Shown: piece by piece, positions 11,846 to 24,105 of the stretch
How the letters are laid out: every line of letters starts with the position of its first letter
Position numbering within the stretch: position 1 is the first letter of the stretch
Origin: Marsupella aquatica
Lineage: Eukaryota; Plantae; Marchantiophyta
DNA length: 64,000 nucleotides
NCBI GenBank assembly: GCA_973895155.1
Contig: OZ316895.1
Coordinates: forward strand, 21,154,558 to 21,218,557
Direction of reading: 5' to 3'
Position numbers and translations under genes: made by a program
The notes under the pieces: generated by a model
Databases searched by the model: none
The model's input: only the letters and a program-made list of their open reading frames with translations
What the model was told of the DNA's origin: nothing

Positions 11846-13202
11846 GAGGGGGGCACAAAACTTTGACTCATTGACATTCAATAGCACTGTATAAGGACAC
11901 CAGGTGGTTTAAGACCCAACTCACATGTAGTAGCACTCAACAATGTGGCCCTTGGCACTCACAAAACAATTGGGAAAAAGCAAGTCTCGATCATGTGAGA
12001 ACAGTATTAGTTAGAATCTGCTTCCCTTGCTTCCCAACGATGGCACAGTTGACAACAGGTATACACTGTGTTTTCGGTTGATTCCCAAGGTAGAGTTTGG
12101 GACCTCAAGGGCTGGAAAGTTGCTTGCCTTTGCCCTTGGGTCTCCACAAGAGGTGCCATCAGGCCTGCCTAACAAGGGGCTTACTGCATGAAAGTCTCAC
12201 TGAATGGTGTCATGACATCAGTTATTTTGAGGGCCACAAAACAAAAGGTGGATCACATGCAAGTTGGCTATAAGCAACTTGCAAAACTCCTTAGTTTGTA
12301 GAATAAGTTAGTACTAATGGCTACTCACCCTACCAACTTGTTAGAACTGGGAGAAATCAATCAATTCATTTTTGGTTATGTTACAACTTGAATGGCATTA
12401 AGAGCTTTCATTGATCACAATGAACTTGTTCCAGCTTGAATGAGTTGAAGTACTTCAAGGGGAGACTCCAACTCTTTCTGGAAATTGGTGCCATTAAACC
12501 GCCTTATTGCTGAAAAGTAACAAGGGATCTAGAGAGAGAGGGAGAGTGGAGCAAGAATTTGATGCAAGTAAGCCTTGAAGAAAAGGCATCACAAATGAGA
12601 GGTGGGGGGGGGGGGGATGACATGTGTTCCGGACCATCTTAATTTACCCACATTTACGTCTATAATATGTGATCCCGACAAGAGGGTACATAGACATGGT
12701 CTGTTTACAATATCAAAAAGACATGAATAATTTCCTGCTGTCAAATCCTAAACCATTAGAATTCTCCAGATTGGACACTACAACAAGGTCTTTCATAACT
12801 CACAAGAAACTCTGACTAGCCATTGGATCTGATTGATCAAGCTCTGGCTAAGAAAGAGCACAATGGGTGATAGTGCATAATGGTCATGAGGCAAGGTGCA
12901 AGCCATCAGATTATTTACATTGGTGGATGAGATCAGATGTTGGTGATTAATGGTGATGGTGACTGTGCACTTTAACCAAACGATACTTAAAATTGTCATG
13001 TGTCCTTCTTGAATTTATGTAAAGAGAAGGGAAATGAAAAATAAAGTGGGGTGGGGAAGTGTGGGAAGGTAGGAAATATGTTGTTTACAATTAAAATCTA
13101 GGTAAGAGGGTAGTCATGCACTAAAATGTTTCTAGCCCTCCACATACTCTTCCCAAATCTCACTGTAGCTCTCTTGCCTTAACTCTTGACCATTTTCCCT
13201 AC

Positions 13203-13546
13203 TGTTAATCATAGACGACATTCGCAATTGCAAGCCCATGAACCATCCAACGTACAAGAGTCAACACAGAGAGATACGTGATTCACCTCCACATGAGGCT
13301 ACGTCCGCGGGAACACACAAGAGCTTTACTGCACTCTAGGCTGACCGGCCATACCAAGCATCCACAGCACAAGCTCTCCCTATCTCTCAATTAGCTCCGT
13401 AACAATGAGCCTAAGTTCCACCAGGGTCTGGCATCAGCCCTGGCTATATTCACAACAGCACTACCGCTAACATTAGCTAAGTCCTAACCCGAGTTAGGCT
13501 AACTGTGGTTAGCTCATGAGTCACAAGACTAGAGCAATATCTAACA
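13203..13546 (-). mobile_element. Solo LTR of the copia family at 25358-39923
   Basis: 344 bp with TG...CA ends, highly similar to 25358-25701 and 39581-39923. Flanked by 5-bp TSD CCTAC (13198-13202 and 13547-13551). No adjacent PBS or PPT. Confidence 0.95.
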
Positions 13547-13869
13547 CCTACCATCAATTTTTCTCATGTCAGTACCATCTTTAGTGTCACTTGTATAATT
13601 TGCATTAACAACGCAGGTGAGGCATTAAGTTTTGGTCTTCTCTTTTCTTATTGTCCGTGTAACTTTGGTCTCTCCTTAGTACTTGTGACTCATTTTCTCC
13701 TTGCACTCTGCCCCCTATTCAACTTTTGACTTTCCTCCTTACCTACAACTCATGAATTGATTTCTCTTTGAACTAACCTGTAAGCACTTCCACTTTGATC
13801 AACTTCCACATTGACAATACTTTCCACATCCCTTTCATTTGATATCATTTATGCTCAACACCACTTTCA

Positions 13870-14170
13870 TTCTCATGACATCATGATTGTAGCAACAACA
13901 ATTTCACAAAACTAGCACAATTGTGTTCAACTTCACTTCTGCTCAACATCACTTTGCCTTTCTTGACATCATGACTATAGCAACAACAATTTTTCAAGGA
14001 TACCATGGCCGCAATCAACATCACTCATGCTCAACAACACTTTAATTTTCTTGACATCATGACTGTAACAACAACTTATTTGTAGAAATAGCACACCTGT
14101 GATCCACATAACTTTAATTTGTTCAACATCATGACCATAGCAACAATAGGTTTGCAAAGATAGTAGCACC
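13870..14170. repeat. Degenerate ~75-88 bp tandem repeat
   Basis: ACATCATGA(C/T)(T/C)(A/G)TA(G/A)CAACAA recurs at about 13877, 13964, 14052 and 14125. Confidence 0.65.
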
Positions 14171-14188
14171 ACAATTACGACATGTCTA

Positions 14189-14584
14189 TCTATAACTATA
14201 TAAATGCCTACTATCTAGAGTGAAGCTTTCTAGACCGAGACCCTAAGGGCATAAGTGAAAGTGAGAGTGCAGACAGACAACACAAACAGGGGTAGATTGT
14301 GACTCTAAAAGACATAACTGAAAGTGAGGGTGCAGACATAAAGGCTTTAAAGTGCATAACTGAAAGTGAGGGTGCAAACAAAAAGAGGAGATGGGGACAA
14401 ATATGAATTTAGAGTAGTAATGAGTCTGTTTTCTGCAATGTCATTTTTTGCCGTCACTTTGAATTACATTGCAGGAATGGGTAATCAGGCTACATTCAAG
14501 GGACGGCTAATCAGGCTAGTCTACAACAACTTATGTTCAAGGAATGGGTAATCAGGCTACATTCAAAGCGAGCAATCAGGCTAG
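14189..14584 (+). mobile_element. Non-autonomous Helitron-like element
   Basis: A|TCTATAACTATATAAAT 5' end and CAGGCTAG|T 3' end, present twice (CTAG at 14516-14519 and 14581-14584). Internal CATAA(C/G)TGAAAGTGAG(G/A)GTGCA repeats occur three times. Shares the subterminal TCTAGA hairpin with the 5575 element. The 3' hairpin is not obvious. Confidence 0.5.
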
Positions 14585-14809
14585 TCTACAAAACAACACT
14601 TTCACAAACTAAGATAACACACTCAAAAATAGGACACATCTACAATAACAACAACAGATTTGCAACCTAGCACACTCGCAACTATGACACATCTGCAACA
14701 CAACGGTTTTGCAAAGACTGCGTACTCGCAATTAAGACACATATGTAGTAACAACAAGTTTGCAAAGATTTGAGGCTTCACTGCAAACTAGACCAATAGT
14801 TTATTCTAT

Positions 14810-15060
14810 CAGGGATCCACTCATAGATACCTCACCTGCCCCTTTTCCACTGGCCGGCCTTGGGAGTGTTTGTTGCTCCTCCTGAGATAGCTAAATTTCT
14901 GGTTTAGCTTTCTGTTTTGGTTCTAGTTTCTTTCCTGGTGCCGGTCTCCTCCAGTTTTTAGGCTTCACCTACCTTTGGCCCTCCTTGGTTCCCACGCCCT
15001 TTTGTGGGCCACCCCTGGCTTGTGGAATGAAATTCATTGGGTTTTTTTAGGCAAAAAAAA
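14810..15060 (+). mobile_element. Possible short 3' remnant of a non-LTR retroelement
   Basis: A pyrimidine/G-rich stretch ending in A8 (15053-15060) that interrupts an A/C-rich repeat background. Its composition resembles the LINE 3' end at about 10600. No convincing TSD. Confidence 0.3.
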
Positions 15061-15272
15061 TATTTCCAAAGATATCACCAGAGATACATCGCTACAGAAT
15101 GATCGGTGTCCAAGGCGAGAGAGAGAGAGAGAGATCACGAGAACGATGGTGTGAAAAACGCTTTGGGGATTTGAAGTTTAGCTGCCTAGCTACAGTAGGC
15201 TTGAGCGCGGGAATGCAATCCAATGCAATGCAATTCTATGCTAGCGATGGCAGAAGAACGGGATCTCAGCAA

Positions 15273-15307
15273 GGAGAGGAGAGGAGAGGAGAGGAGAGGA
15301 GAGGAGA
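15273..15307 (+). repeat. (GGAGA)7 microsatellite
   Basis: Read directly from the sequence. Confidence 0.95.
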
Positions 15308-15487
15308 AAAAAAAGTGGGGACGTCTTCGTGACTGTTGAGACGTGTGAGATACATGTGATGTGTCGTTCACACGGAAGGAGAGAGAAAATCAAAGGCAGA
15401 TTCCGTTGAATAACTACGTCTGGGAGAAAATTAGTTTTCGCAAGCACGAGGCCCAGGGGAGGATTTGTCAAGTGAAAGGAACACTCC

Positions 15488-15720
15488 CTGAAGAGGAGTG
15501 GCAATGTGAGGTTGAATGCAATTCGTTTGGGCTCTTGAATGAGGGAGACGAAGGAAATGGAAAACTCGCTGAAAAGGAGTGGCAACATGAGGTTGAATGC
15601 AATTCGTTTGGGCTCTTGAATGAAGGAGACGAAGGAAATGGAAAACTCGCTGAAAAGAAGTGGCAACATGAGGTTGAATTCAATTCGTTTCGGCTCTAGA
15701 AGGAGGGAGACGAAGCAATT
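15488..15720. repeat. 81 bp tandem repeat, about 2.8 copies, upstream of the SPR2-like gene
   Basis: Units start at 15490, 15571 and 15652 (GAA.AGGAGTGGCAA..TGAGGTTGAAT.CAATTCGTTT.GGCTCT). Confidence 0.9.
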
Positions 15721-16326
15721 GCGCACTCTTTATCTGTGAGCCTGGAGGAGGATAAATCGTGCAGCCACACGGGAGCAAAATTATCGTGCGTTATGAAGAG
15801 GTTGCCCTGCCCACATTGTCTCTCTTTTCCCAACGCCATTGTCTACTACCGGTTTTCAAGCTTTTGGTGTGGAACTCGTGAGGTAGCAGGCATCCTTTCA
15901 ACCCCTTGCTCCCTGCCTGCCTGCTTGTGGTAGTTGAATTTGTGGGTGTGGGTGTGCTGCCATTTTGCCTGGTCGTCATCAGCATCAGGAGCAGCACGAG
16001 CAGGGAGAAGAAGCACACAGAGCTCAGATTGCTCTGTTCAATAGTTACTGCTCTGCATTGTGAAGGTTCTGGAGGTTTAACCGAAGTCAAGATTTGGAGG
16101 TTGTGGTGGTGCATTCTTGGGCTGATATATGTACCACGGGCCCAGTACCCCCTTTCCCCACCTGCCTTGTGTGCTAATATGGTCCTGGGGTTTGCCATTC
16201 CATCATTTCAGTACACATCTAGTCTTTTGTTGTTCTTCCACCCTCGAGGGCAAAGGGGGTCCGTGACAGTTTTTTATAGCACATTACGGTTCGAGTTAGA
16301 GGTGAAGGGGAGAGAAGGGAGCAACG

Positions 16327-19300
16327 ATGGGCAAGTCTACGCGAGGCCCCACGAAGCCAGGGCCCCTAACGCAGCTTCTGCTCACAGAGCTAAAGCACCG
16401 CATTCTAGGTGATCTCCACAAATTGGCGGATCGTGATACACACCAGATAGCCGTCGATGACTTGGAGCGCATTGTCCTCACATTGTCTCCGGAGGGAATT
16501 TCTCTGTGCTTGAACTGTCTCTATGACACCGATGCCCAACAGAAGAGCGTGGTGAGGAAAGAATGTGTGAGGCTGCTCGGGACTCTGGCTGCTGTCCATG
16601 GAGATTTGCTGATCCCCTACATGTCGAAGATTGTGACAACCATCGTCCGACGCCTCAAGGATACGGACAGCAATGTGAGAGATGCTTGCGTTGAGACGAT
16701 GGGGGTCCTTGCTTCTGAAGTGCAAGGAGCGGGCGGTGAGGCTGGGCCTCTGAATATCTACGTGAAGCCTTTGTTTGACGCCATGAGCGAGCAGAATCGG
16801 AGCTTGCAACTGGGAGCCGGGCTGTGCCTCGCTCGTGTGATCGAATGCCTGAAGGACCCGCAGCCCGTCCTGTTGCAGAAGCTCTGCCCTCGGATAATGA
16901 AGTTTTTTGGTAGCAGTAGCTTCCAGGCCAAGTCTGCGCTTCTTTGTGTCGTCGGCAGTCTGTTCCAGGTGTGTGAATTGGGAACCCATTTCACGCCCAT
17001 CTATCCCTCCCCTTGGTCTTGTCTCACAGAGCGTTCTGTCGCGATACTTCAGTGATTCGAAATGACTGATTGCTCCATTTGTCATTGGAGTCTCATTGTC
17101 ACCATTCCGTGCCCATCCATCCTTCCCTTGGTCTTGTCTCACATAGCTCTCTGTCGCCACGCATTAGTCTTTGGAATACCTGATATCTTCTCTGATTCTT
17201 TATCTCAGATGATCGATGACTACTGGCGGATCTCGCCACAAATGCTCCTACATAGGTCTTTTCCATCATCAAGAGGGGTTTCCCATTGGGCTTAGAATCA
17301 TCGTCGAGGAAATGGTTCACAGTGTGGTACACTAAGTCTCCTTTGTTCACAAGCCGTAATGAGACACGTCATGATGACTCGTCCATGCCGGTGTAAGATG
17401 AAGGCTTGCATCTCTGAATTTGGTTGTAACCCACAGCTGGACATGTCTATGCTTCCGTAACAAATGTGCAGGCAGCTGGAACGCGTGCTGCACATTTCTT
17501 GCCCACGCTCATACCTCTTGCCCAAGAAGCTCTCGAGAGCAGCGACTGGACCACCAGAAAGGCTGCGGCGGACACTCTGAGTCGCTTGGCGTCCACGCTA
17601 GGGCCCGCCCTCGTTACGTTCAAGAAAGATTTAGTAGAAGCCCTCGAGTCCTCTCGGTTTGACAAGGTAAGCACAGTCTGTCGTGGCATGTTCATAGATT
17701 TCAGTCAATAAATTTTTACAGTCGGTAGAGATTCATCCTTGTTAGCTTCGTGTTTTTCTCCTCCTTGATGTGCGGGTCAGTAAGGACCTTGTGGTGTGCC
17801 TTGTGGGCATTTGAGGGATCCTACCTTTCTGTCATCATTTGCAACACTGCCATTAGATCCTGCAGTTCCCCGATGCTTAAGTGGATGGGGACCATCGCTA
17901 CAGTGATATTGGGTATTACATCCTCGAAGCTTGCAACGAATCGCTGTGTGACTTTCTAGACCCACCTGTGTTTTGGCTTAAACAGGTGAAACCTGTCCGC
18001 GACAGCGTTGGGGAAGCCCTCCAACAGTGGAGGTCAATAACTGAAAGCGGTGGCGACAACAATTCGCCAACCCGTGATGCAAAAGGTGAAGATATTATCG
18101 TTTAAACGATGACATATTTAAGAAGTCCCTTGTAAGTGTCAATTATGCGATCACTGTGTGCCTTTCTGGGTTCTACAATGACATTGTATTGCTGGATATG
18201 AAGGTTAGATCCGAGGGTGTGCCAGAGGCTCAAGAGTTGAGAACGCGAAATTCGTTGTGTCATTGTTCCCATGGTCATTTTACCTATTGTCGGGGCTTGC
18301 TCGTTCAGCGGAAACCCATTCTCCGAAGTGCAGGATTTCGATTTGCTGGCCAGTAGGCACCTTTGGTATTCGTAATTTTAAATCAGACCAAAATTTCCCG
18401 AAGTGTACGCGCCGTTCAAATGTGAGGGGTCAAGTGTGGTCCGATGTCCGATTGGTTGAATTCACTCTCGCAAGTTCGAGCACCGATTTTTAAACTGCTC
18501 AATGAATTGCAGGAGTTCCTGAGAGCCCCAGACACCCTGCTTCCTTGGAGCCGTCGAACGGGGAAGTTGAAAATTTAAGGGCCGGGGAGAAAACCATCGT
18601 TCATTCTAGCTCTGGTGGAGCTCATTCCCGACCTTCGTCCGATAGCCCCCCGAACGGGAGCACAACGAAAAGGAAGGCACCAGCGTTGAGTGACAAAAAA
18701 ATCAACCCTGATTTCTTCCGAAAACTTGAGGTGAAAGGGCCAGATGATTGGCCAGTTGAGATCGTTGTTTCTCGTGGGGCCGCCCCGCCTTCAGCTGAGT
18801 CTCCAGGAAAATTCAGTGATGAAGCTGAAGAAGTGAAGGTAGACATAGTCAGACCCGGTGATGTTGAGAGGAATGCGTCAGGCAACGGAGCAACCAGATG
18901 CTTTTCTTCAGATGGGCATGAAAATGGTGGTCTTAAACCAGGGCGATCCGGAAGTGGGGAAAACCGAGAGAGCCTTGTTTGGAGGCGGGAAGATTTCACA
19001 AGCATGCATCAAAGAGGGGAAGCTAAGCCGGGCATTGGTTCATATGATGGTAAAAGCCTGGGTGAGAATGTGAACGTCATCAATAACCCAATACCAGAGA
19101 TGCTGGCGGAGTCCAATCCATGGATGGAAGCGACGGACAGAGATGCTGACAGCTGGGAATCAAGTGGTCAGGCCTTAAGCGCGTCCAGCAGTGCCACTTA
19201 TGAGGACGATGGGCCGGCTGTAAGTAGTATGGATGAGTGGACTTCAGTTCAGAAACAGCTTCAACAGCTCGAGTTTCAGCAGCGCAACCATCTGAAAATG

Positions 19301-20789
19301 TTCCAGGTTGCTCTTTTCATTTGGAGTTTGCTCCAGAATTGTAGTTGCAAGGAGTTGAGTTCAAGAGTTACTCTCACCCTCAAATTGTGTCGTCTAGATA
19401 CAATATATGCTCTCATATTTTTAGCAAGAAATGGACTTCATGTGACTAACACGGCATTTTCTTTCCCTTCTACCAAATCATTTGCAGGAATTTATGGCTG
19501 ACGTCCATCAGAGCATGTTAGAGATGGACTTGCGAGTGCGGGGCTTGGAAAGGGTAATCAGTGCTGCCCGTGATGTGCCAGCTTCAGTAAATAGGATAAT
19601 AAATGGAGGTGCCACTGGTTTTGAAGCTCCTCCTGTTCGGTCCCTGAGTAACTTTTTGGCCAGCTCCCAAAGTTTAAGTGAAAAGCTCAGGAAAGCCGCC
19701 AATGCTAGCCGGGCTGCATTTTCCGATAGACAGCCAGGTTTCGGACTTGGAGCAGCTAGTAGGAGTGGACGATCTTCACCCTGGAAGAATGATTCAGATC
19801 CTGATTATGACTCTCCATATAGTTCTGCACATGGGACTGGTTCCGCAGGTAGCAATCTGGGAGCTAACGCCTTTGGTTCTCAACGGGTGGACTTATCACC
19901 TACCACCATAACATCCTTAAGAGGAGACCACGAAGGGGGAGAGAAAGTGTCGACCAGGCATGGTTGGGAGAAGCCAGTAGGACCTGTTCCTTTTGGAGAC
20001 AACCACATCATTAGGAATGTTTGGCAGGCTTCCAAGGATGAAGCCACATTAGAAGCTATTCGGGGGGCTCCTGTCGCGATAGATGATTCTAGAACAGGAG
20101 TGGGTGCCAAAAAGTCCTCGAGCAATGCAGTTAGGATGGGCTCGGAGAACATTCTCGAAGGTAAGGAGACCTTCTGGATGCTATGGAGTCGAGCAATGGA
20201 TTACATACGAGCAGGAGATATGGACGCGGCATACGTTGACGTGATGGCTTCCGGGGATGAAATGTTGTTAATAAGGCTGATGAGTCACACCGGACCTGTC
20301 TTGAACAAATTAGCCAGTGGAACATCTTTGGAGATGCTCCATACTGCTATCCAACTATTGCAACAACAGAGCTTCTTGGATTCCGTCCTACCTTGGGTCC
20401 ACCAGGTTGGTCTTTTTCCTTCTTTCACCTTCAAGCTTCTTATGTCTTGTGTTACAAGGTCAGTCCAGTCTCAAAGCATGGGAGGTGCGAGCGGCATAGA
20501 GCCATATTTTCCGCATATCTGTACCTGTGTCTTGTGAGCCTCGCTGATCCCAATTAGGAGAAGAAGGATCTCTCGTGATGCGAGTCCTCATTACATGTAC
20601 TTACTGCAGGTAGCTGATTTGATTGCAACCAAGGGGCCAGAGGTCCTGGGTCTCTCCCTCGATGGCAAGAGGGATCTCGTGTCTTGCCTTCAAGACTCAG
20701 CTTCAATGGAGTTTCCAGAGGGCTGGATGGCCAGTTCAGTAGCTGATGTAGCGGCACAGCTAAGTACAGCATGGTCAATTGACCTCTGA
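16327..20789 (+). CDS. SPR2: SPIRAL2/TORTIFOLIA1-like microtubule-associated HEAT-repeat protein, about 942 aa, 6 exons
   Basis: Exons 16327-16968, 17472-17666, 17986-18085, 18513-19306, 19488-20405 and 20610-20789 are all GT-AG and total 2829 nt in frame. Family motifs: ELKHRILGDLHKLADRDTHQIAVDDLE, VRRLKDTDSNVRDAC, SSDWTTRKAAADTL, RFDKVKPVRDS, coiled coil QKQLQQLEFQQ...QEFM, VWQASKDEATLEAIR, LLIRLMSHTGPV. Confidence 0.93.
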
Positions 20790-21846
20790 GATAGTGTTAC
20801 CGGCACTGCTATACCTTTAGCTCTCGTCCAATTCATACTCTACATTTCCATCAATGTTAGAGAGGTAGCCCAATTTTCCGGGCCTTTGTATGATGCTGTA
20901 TATTAAACTCACATATCAGATGATATATGACGGAATTAGCAAAAGCTAATCTAACTCTTCTTTTCCTCATTGCATTTGAGATTCTCTGCCTCACAAGCCT
21001 TGATGTTGGACCAAATATCTATGACCACAGTGGAAGAGCAGACATCAACACGCAATCATATCAGTAACTTACTTGCCTTTGTTCGAAGCCTTCGTCTAGG
21101 TGGTGGCTTCTCGAAATTGAAAGCCTTGATCATCGATCAGGTGAGCTGAGCTGTCCAGCAAATCCCGGCCCTGGACGATTAGGACTCCATTTTTTTGCAA
21201 AGGAGTCGTGCTTGAGCCTCACCCAGGCACTGCCTGTGCTCTTGCGCTGCCAAAGTTGTTTAGGGTCCTACAATTCTGTTTCGCTTGTCGTGAAGCACTC
21301 GTAATAAGGCTCCTACTGTACAAGTTGATACTGTAATCTCAGGAGTACAGGCATACAACTAGTTGAACTGAATGCCTGTGCGAAGGGCTCCCTGAACTAG
21401 AGTCTCCATGCCTGTCCCTACTCAAAAGCCTAGTCTAAATTGACAAAAATATTTGAAGGGCCCTTTGTATCTTGCCATGCTGCTCCCTACTCACAAGTCA
21501 CCAGAAAGTATGGCCTATTGTTTTCATTCTCCTCACTAGACTCTCATTCTCATCATTACTCACCAGCATACTCGAAATATCAAAATCTTCTGTTATCATA
21601 AAGTATGATGGTTTCACTCTAAGTAGTGCAGCAGATCATGCACGCTTCCTTCAACCAGACTCCCCATGCTTATCTTTATTGACAAAAGCATTCTCTAAAT
21701 ATCAAAACCTTCTGTTATCATAAAATATGATCTGGTTTCACTCTAAGGAGCAAATCATGCACGCTTCCTTCACCCAGACTCCCCATGCTTATTTTTATTG
21801 ACAAAACCATACTCTAAATATCCAAATCTTCTGTTATCATAAAGTA

Positions 21847-24105
21847 CTAGCCCCATGCCCGTGCGTTGCACGAAAGACTTCGAGTGAAGGCAAGATGTTG
21901 AGGTGAGGGCAAGATTTGGATGCGAGGGCAAGATGTTGAGGAGAGGGCAAGATGTCGAGGTGAGGGTAAGATTTGGAGGTGAGGGCAAGATGTCGAGGAG
22001 AGGGTAAGATTTTGAGGTGAGGGTAAGGTAAGATTTTGAGGCGAGGCAAACATGGTTGTGCATTGCAAACATGTATTCAGGCAAATTAAAAGTCAAACAG
22101 ATTAATACAAATTAAAGTGATAGAATCTTAATTCACCCGTTCAATAAAGAACTTCATCATATACAATTTTTTTGTCAACCTTGCTTGACCCTCCTTGCAA
22201 TCCGAAAGTAAAACCTTGATAGTTGTAGGAGATATTGCCCTTGAAATGCTCCATACAACTGTCCGTGCCTAAATGCAGGGGCTTTGAAAGTTGTAACCCT
22301 AGTACATGTTCTAAAGTCTAACAGACCTTGAACTTTGTTTATGGCCCGGTTTATGGTCATTGCATATGCCACTCAAATGGGTAATTGGACCCTATGTAAT
22401 AAAAAAGGAAGTGATTTGTCATATGTCAACAGAATCCGTGGGATAAATGTAAGGGTCCCTGCATATTTTCCTGCAATAACTCAATGCCCGTGCATTGCAT
22501 GAAAGATGTCGAGCCGACCAAAGATGTCGAGGAGATAAATGATGTCAAAGTGAACAAAAGATGTCGAGGAGAGAAAACTATCAAGGTAAGCAAAAGATGT
22601 CCAAGTGATAAAACATGTCAAAGAGAGAAAAAGATGTCAAGGCGAGCAAAAGATGTCAAGGTGATAAATGTAAGCATGTTTTCCTGCAAGAACCCAATGC
22701 CCGTGCGTTGCACAAAAGATGTCGAGGTGACAAAAGATGTCAAAGAGAGAAAAAATATGTCAAGGTGATAAAAGATTCAAGGTGAGCAATCGATGTCAAG
22801 GTGATAAAACATGTAAAGGAGAGAAAAGATATCCAGGTGAGCAAAAGATGTCATGGTAAGCAAAAGATGTTGAGGAGAGCAAAAGATTTCAAGGAGAGAC
22901 AATATGCCAAGGTGAACAAAAGATGCCAAGGTGAGAAAAAAATGTTGAGGTGAGCAAAAAATGTTGAAATGAGAAAATATGTCAAAGAGAGAAAAAGATG
23001 GCGAGATGAGAAAAAGATTTTGAGAAGAGAAAAAAATAGAGGAGAGAAAAGATGTCAACGTGAGTGAAAGAGATAAAAACATTTTGAGAGAAGCAAAAGA
23101 TGTAGGCAAGGCAAAGATGTGAAGGCAAAAGAAGACAAAAATGTCAAGGCATGCTTAATGTACATTGCATTGAGGCGAAGATTTGAGAACATTTTGACTC
23201 GAGGTAAAGAAATGCTATAAGATGCAAGTGAGCCAAAGAATTGTAGATAATGCAAATTAATGCAAGCGAGACAAGAACGTTGTTTAGACATCTCATATGT
23301 TGTTGCGACCATCTCGTCATTATGACGTTGAAGTCACTCTGGCTATGATTTTCAAAGAGAATGTTGGAGGTATAGATGGAATAACAAATTTGGGACTGAT
23401 TTTCTATAAAACATAGAACAAAAAAAAAAGATAATCAAAATATGTAAAAACATTTGACTTTGCTTTTGCATTTTTATTTTATTTTGGAAGAAAAAGTTGT
23501 TTTGTTGTGAAAACTATATTGTTGGGGAGAGCAAGGATGTGGAGGGTGAGAGCGAGTGCAAGAGAAATGATGGCCCCGGGTGCTTTGATACTATTGGGAG
23601 GGGAATATTTTAATTTTTTCTCTCCCCATTTTTCCTAATTTTACACTCCAATTCAACACCATTACTCCCTTTTTTCTTACATTGGCACCATTAAATAAGC
23701 AGAAAAAATGTACAACTAAATACAAAGAAGAAAAAGAAGGAGAAAATTAACCCATTTTCCTTCCTTCTAGAGTCTCATAGGCTCTGCAAAAATCCCAAAG
23801 TTTCTCATGCCCCAAAAGATTCTCCTTCCATTCGTGTGTACTTTCATATTTGAAAAAACAAACACATTTAATTAAGATGATGTCACATAAGTATCTTCTC
23901 ATATACGATGTCAGATCAGTATCATCTCCTATACTTTGTATTTTACTATTAAAATGAGCATATCATTTGACATACCTGGTCAATCAATCCAAGAGTACAA
24001 AAAAATCTTTGAAAAAATCTGACGGCTCAGGTTTGTTCCCTCCATTTCTGAATTTGTAAGCAGACGAAAGAACTTTTTGGCGGCATTACATATTATAGAA
24101 GTAGA
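21847..24105 (-). mobile_element. Non-autonomous Helitron (2259 bp) with internal ~20 bp minisatellites
   Basis: On the minus strand it starts A|TCTACTTCTATAATAT and ends CGTGCAACGCACG-GGCATGGGG-CTAG|T. It is inserted at an A|T with no TSD, and removing it restores the flanking repeat unit (CATAAAGTA|TTATCTGGTTTCAC). It carries a helicase remnant. Confidence 0.9.
22175..22400 (-). pseudogene. Degenerate C-terminal fragment of the Helitron PIF1-like helicase
   Basis: QLPI*VAYAMTINRAINKVQG...PAFRHGQLYGAF resembles the RepHel motifs QFPxxLAFAMTINKSQG and PVFSHGQLYVA. Confidence 0.75.

Noticed and set aside
12601-12618. Poly-G run
   Set aside because: A simple homopolymer with no associated structure.
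15361-15726. ORFs on both strands with 27-aa repeats (EKEWQHEVECNSFGLLNEGDEGNGKLA)
   Set aside because: An 81-bp unit is a multiple of 3 and keeps several frames open. There is no other coding evidence.
16995-17150. Short direct duplication in SPR2 intron 1 (CCCTTGGTCTTGTCTCACA twice)
   Set aside because: An ordinary local duplication with no element hallmarks.
16405-17160. 251-aa antisense ORF and the overlapping 168-aa ORF 15906..16412
   Set aside because: Shadow frames of GC-rich SPR2 exon 1 and its leader, with no recognisable motifs.
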